Of a stretch of DNA of 27,904 nt, positions 20,727 through 27,904 are shown piece after piece. Each line of letters opens with the position of its first letter. Position 1 is the first letter of the stretch. Both the position numbers and the translations under genes were made by a program. Origin of the DNA: an uncultured Erysipelotrichaceae bacterium (GTDB taxonomy: Bacteria; Bacillota_I; Bacilli_A; Erysipelotrichales; Erysipelotrichaceae); contig CAYWGS010000009.1 in assembly GCA_964457525.1 (NCBI GenBank), forward strand, positions 1 to 27,904, given 5' to 3'. The notes under the pieces were generated by a model. The model had not been told where the DNA came from. It saw only the letters and a list, made by a program, of their open reading frames with translations, and searched no databases.

Positions 20727-21728
20727 TTATGCTTTTAGTTTTAAGAGTTCTTCTTTGAGTTGAGGTAGGATGGTTACTGCATCACCGACAATACCGATAT
20801 GGGCAATTTGGAAGATGGATGCATTAGGGTCATTGTTAATCGCAATAATGCATTCAGCTTTATCCATACCAGCCGTGTGTTGAACAGCACCTGATATACC
20901 ACATGCAATGTATACAAGCGGTCTTACGGTTTTTCCAGTTTGTCCAACTTGATGTTCCTTAGTGATAGAACCTGTTTCGACAAGACCACGAGATGCGCCA
21001 ACTTCTGCGCCAAGTTCTTCCGCAACTTCACGAATTAAATCCATATGTTTTGCCATCGATCTTCCAGCAGAAACAATAATACGTGCTTTACTAATATCGA
21101 TTGAATGATTGAGTTTTGGTTCTTGTTTGATTAGTTTGACTTGATCAATAGAATCGAAACTTGTTTTAAATTCAATAATCGTATTACTTGCTTTATTTAA
21201 TTCACGTTTTTCAAAAACGTTAGGACGAATGGTTGCCATTTGTGGACGTGTATTTGGACAAACGATTGTACCAAATAAGTTACCACCAAAAGCTGGACGA
21301 GTTACGAGTAATAAAGTAGAATTCGCTGTTTCATCCACTTCAATTTGAGTCGCATCCGCTGTTAAGCCTGTATTTAATCGTGCTGCAACACGAGGGGCAA
21401 TATCACGACCGATAACACTTGCGCCAATGAGTAAGCTATCGGGTTTGAATTCATGAACGATATCTACAATCGCTTTTGAAGTATGTTGTGTGCTTGCTTC
21501 TTGAAGTTTAATGTCTTCACAAACAATTAATTTATCTGCTCCATATTTGAAACAATCCGCATGAACATCATGTGTTTGAAAGCCTGTGATAATACCAACG
21601 ACATCAAAATCATACCCTTTAACTTTGTACTGTGCTTGAAGATGATTTGCTTCACTTAAGAGTTGTAAACTTACATCTTGAACTTTATTATGTCTAAGTT
21701 CGATCCATACAAATATATCTTTGTTCAT
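20727..21728 (-). CDS. etfA: Electron transfer flavoprotein, alpha subunit
   Basis: 333-aa ORF. The C-terminal FAD region IACGISGAVQHTAGM is typical of EtfA. Lies immediately downstream of etfB and bcd. Confidence 0.88.
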   Translation of the reverse strand: MNKDIFVWIELRHNKVQDVSLQLLSEANHLQAQYKVKGYDFDVVGIITGFQTHDVHADCFKYGADKLIVCEDIKLQEASTQHTSKAIVDIVHEFKPDSLLIGASVIGRDIAPRVAARLNTGLTADATQIEVDETANSTLLLVTRPAFGGNLFGTIVCPNTRPQMATIRPNVFEKRELNKASNTIIEFKTSFDSIDQVKLIKQEPKLNHSIDISKARIIVSAGRSMAKHMDLIREVAEELGAEVGASRGLVETGSITKEHQVGQTGKTVRPLVYIACGISGAVQHTAGMDKAECIIAINNDPNASIFQIAHIGIVGDAVTILPQLKEELLKLKA

Positions 21729-21736
21729 ATGTGCTC

Positions 21737-22516
21737 CTAGTTAAGATATGGGCTTAAAGCAGAAATAATCGAGTTAACTGCTTCATGACCACTATCTTTG
21801 ATTAATGTGATTTCACCTGATACAGAACGAGTAAATGTTTTTCTGACTTGAGTAGGTGAACCATTTAAACCAATTAAGCTCAAATCAAGTTGTAAATCAG
21901 TATTTGTTAATACGGTAATCGGTTTTGTATAAGCATTCCAGGTATCTGTAACATTCATAAGTCTTAATGGATTTGTTGGATCTAGTGTTGTGATTAAGCA
22001 AGGAAGGGAAGATTCTAAGATCTCAGTATATTCTTCATATTCTTTCTTTACGGTAATTGATTGTTCGTTAATATCCATTAACTGACTGACATAGGTAATT
22101 TGAGGAATGTTTAATCTTTCCGCAATCTGTGGACCCACTTGAGCCGTATCTCCATCAATCGCTTGTCTTCCTGCACAAATTAAATCTGGATTGTATCGTT
22201 TGATAGCGGCAGATAGGGTATTAGATGTAGCCCAAGTATCTGATCCAGCAAATGCTTTATCAGAGATAAGTACACATTCATCTGCACCGCGAGCGTAACA
22301 TTCTCTTAACATTTCTTCAGCTTGGGTTGGACCCATTGTCATTACGATGACATGTGCACCATTTTTTTCTTTTATTTGAAGAGCTGTTTCAAGTGCGTTT
22401 GTATCATCAGGATTCATAATACTTTCTACCCCTGTACGAATTAAAGTTCCTTTTTCTTTATCGATTAACATATTAGTCGTATTTGGAACTTGTTTCATTA
22501 GAACGATTATTTTCAT
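21737..22516 (-). CDS. etfB: Electron transfer flavoprotein, beta subunit
   Basis: 259-aa ORF. MKIIVLMKQVPN and CAGRQAIDGDTAQVGPQIAERL are typical of EtfB. Confidence 0.88.
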   Translation of the reverse strand: MKIIVLMKQVPNTTNMLIDKEKGTLIRTGVESIMNPDDTNALETALQIKEKNGAHVIVMTMGPTQAEEMLRECYARGADECVLISDKAFAGSDTWATSNTLSAAIKRYNPDLICAGRQAIDGDTAQVGPQIAERLNIPQITYVSQLMDINEQSITVKKEYEEYTEILESSLPCLITTLDPTNPLRLMNVTDTWNAYTKPITVLTNTDLQLDLSLIGLNGSPTQVRKTFTRSVSGEITLIKDSGHEAVNSIISALSPYLN

Positions 22517-22520
22517 GATC

Positions 22521-23648
22521 TTACCTTAAGACTGAAGCACTAATAACCATGCGTTGTACTTCAGATGTCCCTTCATAGATTTCAGTAATTTTTGCGTCAC
22601 GCATCATACGTTCAACTGGATATTCACGTGTATAACCATAACCACCAAAGAGTTGAACCGCTTGAGTAGTAACGTTCATCGCAGTTTCTGAGGCAAATAG
22701 TTTTGCCATAGCAGCTTCTTGTGAGAAGTTCTTTTGAGTATCTTTTGCGTGTGCTGCTTTATAGACTAAACAACGAGCAGCTTCAATTTGTGTTGCCATA
22801 TCTGCAATTTTGAATTGTGTATTTTGGAATTGACTGATCGATTGGTTAAATTGCTTACGATTCTTCGTGTAATTGATTACTTCATCAAGTGCTCCTTGAG
22901 CAATGCCTAAGGCTTGTGCTGCAATTCCAATTCGACCTCCATCGAGTGTAGCCATTGCGATTCTAAAGCCCATGCCTTCTTGTCCGAGTCTATTTTCGAC
23001 AGGTACTTTAACTTTATCAAAAATGAGTTCACACGTACTTGATCCGCGAATGCCCAGTTTCTTTTCTTTCTTTCCAATCGTAAATCCAGGCATATCTTTT
23101 TCTAAGATAAATGCAGTAATTCCTTTTGTACCTTTAGAAGGATCTGTCATCGCAAAGATAATATAGATATCTGCATAACCTGCATTGGTAATAAATATTT
23201 TAGAACCACTGATTTCATAATAATTATCTTTTAAAATCGCTATGGTTTTTTGACCTGCCGCATCTGTTCCAGCGTTTGGCTCTGTTAATCCAAATGCACC
23301 AAGCTTTTCACCTTTGTTCATTGGAATAAGATATTTTTGTTTCTGTTCTTCCGTTCCAAATGCATAGATCGGATAAGCTCCGAGTGATGTATGAGCGGAT
23401 AAGATTACACCAGTTGTTCCACATGCTTTGCTTAATTCTTCAACGGCTAAGACATATGCCAGTGTATCGGCACCACTTCCACCATATTCAACAGGGTAGG
23501 GGATTCCATACATCTTGAGTGATTTCATTCGTTCGCATGTTTCAATGGGAAATCTTTCTTCTTCATCGATATCATGTGCAATTGGTTTAACATAACAATC
23601 GGTAAACTGCTTATAGCTTTTTTTAAGTAATAGGTGTCGATTATCCAT
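22521..23648 (-). CDS. bcd: Short-chain acyl-CoA dehydrogenase (butyryl-CoA dehydrogenase type)
   Basis: 375-aa ORF. Long collinear matches to clostridial Bcd as I recall it: GVILSAHTSL, LTEPNAGTD, GSKIFITN, TLDGGRIGIAAQALGIA and YPVERMMRDAKITEIYEGTSEVQ. Confidence 0.88.
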   Translation of the reverse strand: MDNRHLLLKKSYKQFTDCYVKPIAHDIDEEERFPIETCERMKSLKMYGIPYPVEYGGSGADTLAYVLAVEELSKACGTTGVILSAHTSLGAYPIYAFGTEEQKQKYLIPMNKGEKLGAFGLTEPNAGTDAAGQKTIAILKDNYYEISGSKIFITNAGYADIYIIFAMTDPSKGTKGITAFILEKDMPGFTIGKKEKKLGIRGSSTCELIFDKVKVPVENRLGQEGMGFRIAMATLDGGRIGIAAQALGIAQGALDEVINYTKNRKQFNQSISQFQNTQFKIADMATQIEAARCLVYKAAHAKDTQKNFSQEAAMAKLFASETAMNVTTQAVQLFGGYGYTREYPVERMMRDAKITEIYEGTSEVQRMVISASVLR

Positions 23649-23656
23649 ATTATTTC

Positions 23657-24082
23657 CTATCTTGGAGGCATTATTTCTGCCATACCACTGATTACCATTT
23701 CATTATTTTGGTTGTATGCGTTTGTTTCGAGTTTAACTCGATTACGTGTTGTATCACATTCAACAACCTTAACAACAGCACGAATCTCATCGTTTAGATA
23801 TACAGGTTTGAGATAATGAATATCCTGAGATAAATAGATCGATCCTTGCCCAGGTAGTTCTGTACCTAAGAGGGCAGAGAATAGGGATGAAACTAAATGA
23901 CCATGTGCAATACGATGTTTAAATCGAGTTGTGGATGCATAGTCTTCGTTCAAATGAACAGGGTTTCTATCACCACTTACTTCAGAGAATAATACAACGT
24001 CTTTGTCTTCAATACACTTCACACATTCTGCGTAATCACCAACATTTAATTCTAAGATTGTCTTTCCTTTTTTGATTTCCAT
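23657..24082 (-). CDS. MaoC-like (R)-specific enoyl-CoA hydratase / hot-dog dehydratase
   Basis: ORF 23657-24106 (GTG start). SGDRNPVHLNEDYA plus IAHG is the MaoC/PhaJ hydratase signature. ATG 24082 (MEIKKGK) is preferred because the GTG has no room for an RBS, but the start is uncertain. Confidence 0.75.
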   Translation of the reverse strand: MEIKKGKTILELNVGDYAECVKCIEDKDVVLFSEVSGDRNPVHLNEDYASTTRFKHRIAHGHLVSSLFSALLGTELPGQGSIYLSQDIHYLKPVYLNDEIRAVVKVVECDTTRNRVKLETNAYNQNNEMVISGMAEIMPPR

Positions 24083-24118
24083 AATGTAATTTGAAATATG
24101 AATCACCTTTCATATTGT

Positions 24119-24147
24119 ATCGTATGCCTATGTGAAAACATTGTCAA
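24119..24147 (-). promoter_or_regulatory. Promoter of the maoC-bcd-etfBA operon
   Basis: Minus-strand read: TTGACA (plus 24142-24147), a 17-nt spacer, then TACGAT (plus 24119-24124). Perfect -35, 4/6 match at -10. Confidence 0.55.
24133..24146. promoter_or_regulatory. cre-like operator candidate overlapping the bcd-operon -35
   Basis: TGAAAACATTGTCA fits TGWAANCGNTNWCA at every constrained position except the central G (A instead). Confidence 0.3.
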
Positions 24148-24211
24148 GTAATTTGTTAAATATTTAACATATTTCTTGTTTAATTTTTCTTATGAAGAGA
24201 AACCATCCATA

Positions 24212-24220
24212 TGGTATATT
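24212..24220 (+). promoter_or_regulatory. Candidate extended -10 element for ald
   Basis: TG-g-TATATT at 24212-24220, with no good -35. GGAGG at 24279-24283 lies 6 nt before ATG 24290. Confidence 0.3.
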
Positions 24221-24289
24221 TAAATCAATGATAAATATGTTTATTTATAAACATGGATCAAACATAAAAATTAGGCACGGAGGTCTACA

Positions 24290-25387
24290 ATGTTTGTTGG
24301 GTGTGTGAAAGAGATTAAGAATCAAGAGTATCGTGTTGGTTTAATTCCTTCATTCGTAAAGAGTTTTGTGGATAAAGGACATACGGTATACATTGAAAAA
24401 GGTGCTGGATGTGGTTCTGGATTTACAGATGAAGAGTATTTGAAGTATGGGGCGATTTTATGTGATACCGCAAAAGAGGTTTGGGAACAATCAAACCTAA
24501 TTATTAAAGTTAAAGAACCTTTAAAGAGTGAATATACATACTTTAGACCAGGATTAATTTTGTTTACGTATCTACACTTAGCTGCAGATGAAGAATTAAC
24601 AAAAGCATTACTTGATTCAAAAGTAACATCACTTGCATATGAAACATTGGATGTGAATGGTAGCTTACCTTTACTTAAACCGATGAGTGAAATTGCAGGT
24701 CGTTTAAGCATTCAAGAAGCTGCTAAATATATGGAAAAACCATTTGGTGGAAAAGGTCTTTTATTAAGTGGATTACCTGGTGTTAAAAAAGCAAAAGTTA
24801 TGATTATTGGGGCAGGTGTTGCGGGTAAGAATGCGGCTAAGATTGCGATTGGTATGGGAGCAGATGTGACGATTCTTGATCGTAATATTACGCGCTTAGA
24901 ACAACTCGAAAATGAATTTGGTTTTCAAATCAAAACACGTTATTCAACTCATTCGACCATTATGGAGTTATTGCCCGAAACAGATGTAGTCATTGGAGCA
25001 GTTTTAATTCCTGGAGCTAAAGCACCTAAGCTAATCTTAAAAGAAGATTTAAAGAGAATGCAACCGGGAAGTATTATGGTGGATATAGCAGTGGATCAAG
25101 GAGGTTGTTTTGAAACTACGCATCCGACAACGCATTTAGATCCAATCTTTACAGTTGATGGAATTATTCACTATTGTGTCGCAAACATGCCAGGTGCAGT
25201 TCCGCTTACATCTACTTTAGGTTTAAATAATGCGACGCTAGAATATAGTTTATTACTTGCAAATTATGGTTTAGAAGGTGCTTTAAAGGAAAATCCTCAT
25301 CTATTAAGTGCTTTAAATACCTACAATGGAAAATTGACGAATGCCCCTGTAGCAGAAGCGTTTGGAATGGTTTTCGAGGCTTACTAG
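24290..25387 (+). CDS. ald: Alanine dehydrogenase
   Basis: 365-aa ORF. KEIKNQEYRVGL, the NAD fold IIGAGVAGKNAAKIAIGMGADVTILD, and MVDIAVDQGG. Confidence 0.9.
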   Translation: MFVGCVKEIKNQEYRVGLIPSFVKSFVDKGHTVYIEKGAGCGSGFTDEEYLKYGAILCDTAKEVWEQSNLIIKVKEPLKSEYTYFRPGLILFTYLHLAADEELTKALLDSKVTSLAYETLDVNGSLPLLKPMSEIAGRLSIQEAAKYMEKPFGGKGLLLSGLPGVKKAKVMIIGAGVAGKNAAKIAIGMGADVTILDRNITRLEQLENEFGFQIKTRYSTHSTIMELLPETDVVIGAVLIPGAKAPKLILKEDLKRMQPGSIMVDIAVDQGGCFETTHPTTHLDPIFTVDGIIHYCVANMPGAVPLTSTLGLNNATLEYSLLLANYGLEGALKENPHLLSALNTYNGKLTNAPVAEAFGMVFEAY

Positions 25388-25390
25388 ATT

Positions 25391-26839
25391 ATGTTTCATA
25401 TTTCTGATTTAAGACAGTTTTTAAGTTGTCCTCGTATATTATGGTTAAATCAATCAGGTGATAAGCAAACATTTAATCCTTTTATACAGATGGTTCATTC
25501 GATGAATCAAGACTTAATAATTAAAACACAAGCTAAAGACTATTTTATCGGTAAACAAGGTATGTCAATGGAGGATTCGTTGGATGCGTTGTCGAAGTAT
25601 GAATGGTGTTTTAACTTGCGTTTTGAGGTCCATGGATTAAGAATAAAGGTTGCTGGATTACATCGTGTCGAGGATGGTTTTGAGTTGTATTTTAATACAA
25701 TGTCTGTCTTATCCAGAGTAGAAGATGCGAGTTATTTTTCGAATCATTTTTGGGTGTTGAAGCAAATTGGAATACCAGTTACTAAAATCTATTCAATGTA
25801 CTTTAATAAAGAATACATTCGTAATGGTGAGTTAAATGTGAAGGATTGTTATGTTTTAACATCTGATTTTATTAAACCAAGTGGACATGTTCAAGGTGAT
25901 ATTCTTTCCATCGTATCGAAACGTGTTCGTGATTTAGAACCAAATTTAATCGAAATGAATCGTATTTCGAAGTTAGAAGAATATCCGATTACATTAAGTG
26001 AATGTCCTAATCCAATAAAGTGTGAGAAATTTGGGACATGTTTTAAAGGTTTAGATTTAGGTGAAAATTCAATCTATCATTTCTCTAATCCAATGAAGAA
26101 AGAATGGTTAAAGCAGGGGATTACAAAAATTCAAGATATTCCGTTAGATGATCTTGTTTTAAGTAAAGTTCAATATGCTCAAATTATGGCTTCTCGTATG
26201 GATGGAAGATTTGTGGATCAAAGAGCATTATCCATTTGGATTGATACAGTAAAACAACCGATCATGTCGTTTATTGATTTTGAATGGGATACCTATGGTA
26301 TTCCACCTTTTGATCAAATGCGACCTTTTGATGTAGTACCATTTCAGTATTCAATCCATTTTATCCAAGATGGATTGGTTCATCATAAAGAATTTCTTGG
26401 GCAAGGTGATTGCCGAGAAGCCTTTATTGTGTCACTCTTAGATCATATTCCGAGTGAAGGACCGATATTAGCTTACAACGCGTTTGGTGCTGAAGCGATT
26501 CGTTTAAAACAGTTAGCTTTCCAATTTCCTCAGTATGAAGAAGCTCTATTAAAGCTCATTGATCGCTTTGTGGATTTAGCTCAAGTATTCATAGATGGCT
26601 TAGTTTATGATGAGCGAATGAAGGGTGCTTACTCGTTGAAACGAATTATCGAAGCCATTCATCCTGAACTATCGTATGAGAATCTAGCCATCTCACATGG
26701 GATGGATGCGGTTTATCATTATCGAAATCTTGTGGATGATGAGGAACAGGATGAAGTTAAAGCAGCACTGTTAAGTTATTGTCGTATGGATACATTAGCG
26801 ATGGTTAAAGTATTTCAATGGTTGGAATCACTCGTATAA
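25391..26839 (+). CDS. DUF2779-type protein: Cas4-like Fe-S N-terminal half plus RNase-H/DEDD-like C-terminal half; function unknown
   Basis: 482-aa ORF starting 3 nt after the ald stop. Cys13 plus C205-x5-C211-x5-C217 form a Cas4/AddB-like 4-Cys pattern. SFIDFEWD...RPFDVVPFQYSIH, AYNAFGAE and YCRMDTLAMV match my memory of the DUF2779 signature. No HMM was run. Confidence 0.8.
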   Translation: MFHISDLRQFLSCPRILWLNQSGDKQTFNPFIQMVHSMNQDLIIKTQAKDYFIGKQGMSMEDSLDALSKYEWCFNLRFEVHGLRIKVAGLHRVEDGFELYFNTMSVLSRVEDASYFSNHFWVLKQIGIPVTKIYSMYFNKEYIRNGELNVKDCYVLTSDFIKPSGHVQGDILSIVSKRVRDLEPNLIEMNRISKLEEYPITLSECPNPIKCEKFGTCFKGLDLGENSIYHFSNPMKKEWLKQGITKIQDIPLDDLVLSKVQYAQIMASRMDGRFVDQRALSIWIDTVKQPIMSFIDFEWDTYGIPPFDQMRPFDVVPFQYSIHFIQDGLVHHKEFLGQGDCREAFIVSLLDHIPSEGPILAYNAFGAEAIRLKQLAFQFPQYEEALLKLIDRFVDLAQVFIDGLVYDERMKGAYSLKRIIEAIHPELSYENLAISHGMDAVYHYRNLVDDEEQDEVKAALLSYCRMDTLAMVKVFQWLESLV

Positions 26840-26848
26840 GGAGGGTTT

Positions 26849-27811
26849 ATGCCGAATATTATTACACATGCACTATGTGCTCACGATGTCTTAGAACAAA
26901 TATCAGATTTAAAATTAAAACAGGCAATCTTGAAGTATCCAAGAGTTTTTTCGATGGCTTCAAGTGGACCTGATTTCTTATTCTATTACAAAGCATTACC
27001 ATTTCAAGAGTCTAAAGATGCGAAACCCGTTCATGAGATTGGAAATGTGATTCATCGTAAATGGATTAATCAATTCTATCAAAAAGGGATTGAGTTACTT
27101 AAAGCTGAAACAGAAAATAAAGAGTTATTGACTGTTTTCTTAGCAGGTCATTTAATGCATTGGTCACTCGATCATAAAGCACATCCATTTGTGTTTAATC
27201 GAAGTGGTGAAATAGCAGGTGATACTAAGTATTGGCATTATCGTTTTGAATCGATGATTGATACGATGATGGTAAAACAAATTAAAGGCTATAAACTCAG
27301 TGAAGTTAAGAGTTATGAGTTTGTGAATTCAACACCTGAACATCGTAAGATCATAGGGGATTTCTATCGCAAGATTGTTTTAAGTGTCTATAATTTAGAT
27401 TTTCCAACTGAAATCTATGAAGAATGTTTCGATAGTATGTACAAATTATCAAAGATGTTATTTGATCCACATACATCAAAGTTTCCACTAGTACAAGCAG
27501 CAGAAAAGGCCGCAGGTATCTATTGGAAGTATTCGAGTCATATGGTTATTGGTAAGATCGATACTGAACACGATGTCCTCAATTTAAATCATTCTCCATG
27601 GGAACATCCTTGTGATAACGAAGTAAGTACTAAGAGTTTTATTGATTTATATGATGAGGCTGTTTTGGTTGGACAGGCTGTATTATATCGATTAAATGAA
27701 ATATTATATGAAGATAAATCTTTATCTTTAGATAACATTCTAAATGATTTAGGCTATGATACTGGAAAGGCTAATGAGATGGAACTTAAGTTCTATCGTA
27801 CCATTTACTAA
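26849..27811 (+). CDS. Zinc-dependent phospholipase C / P1-nuclease-fold family protein, cytoplasmic
   Basis: 320-aa ORF. AAGGAGG at 26838-26844. The N-terminus MPNIITH, GPDF and GHLMHWSLDHKAHP give a His/Asp metal-ligand pattern like PF00882. There is no N-terminal hydrophobic signal sequence. Confidence 0.7.
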   Translation: MPNIITHALCAHDVLEQISDLKLKQAILKYPRVFSMASSGPDFLFYYKALPFQESKDAKPVHEIGNVIHRKWINQFYQKGIELLKAETENKELLTVFLAGHLMHWSLDHKAHPFVFNRSGEIAGDTKYWHYRFESMIDTMMVKQIKGYKLSEVKSYEFVNSTPEHRKIIGDFYRKIVLSVYNLDFPTEIYEECFDSMYKLSKMLFDPHTSKFPLVQAAEKAAGIYWKYSSHMVIGKIDTEHDVLNLNHSPWEHPCDNEVSTKSFIDLYDEAVLVGQAVLYRLNEILYEDKSLSLDNILNDLGYDTGKANEMELKFYRTIY

Positions 27812-27812
27812 T

Positions 27813-27904
27813 ATGAAATTATTTGATTTACATGCGGATATTGGGATGCATGTTTTAGCCCAAAAGAATAAAAATGAAACAGATATATTAAAACGATATC
27901 ATAT
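27813..27904 (+). CDS. 5' end of a CDS running off the window; possibly a dipeptidase/amidohydrolase-type protein
   Basis: ATG 27813 lies 1 nt after the previous stop. It reads MKLFDLHADIGMHVLAQKNKNETDILKRYH with no stop to the window edge. The LHAD motif at the N-terminus resembles M19 dipeptidase/amidohydrolase starts. Only 30 codons are visible. Confidence 0.35.
   Translation, partial: MKLFDLHADIGMHVLAQKNKNETDILKRYH

Overview
AT-rich, densely packed chromosomal segment of low-GC Bacillota type (taxon is a guess; G+C not computed). I call 23 complete CDSs plus one 3'-truncated CDS, nearly all recognisable housekeeping genes in short operons. In order: degV; tdh-kbl (threonine catabolism); nitroreductase-gnd-zwf-patatin-like lipase; convergent mutY; typA-tgt-queA-queH (translation GTPase plus queuosine tRNA modification); a T-box leader followed by a GNAT acetyltransferase and valS; ppdK; pgl; a minus-strand maoC-bcd-etfB-etfA operon; then ald followed without a break by a DUF2779-type protein, a cytoplasmic Zn-phospholipase-C/P1-nuclease-fold protein and the start of a further gene. 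I found no rRNA, tRNA, CRISPR array, integrase/transposase or long repeat, and nothing resembling a recognisable mobile or defence island. The least understood content is the DUF2779 + PLC-fold pair (25391-27811), which is my best candidate for an undescribed function, though the evidence is only domain logic and tight gene coupling. Other points worth a second look:
- the T-box -> GNAT -> valS arrangement with a 44-nt out-of-frame overlap;
- two intrinsic terminators of convergent genes, each buried in the other gene's coding sequence (7640-7741);
- two cre-like operators overlapping the ppdK and bcd-operon promoters.
All family assignments come from motif recognition by eye, with no database search.
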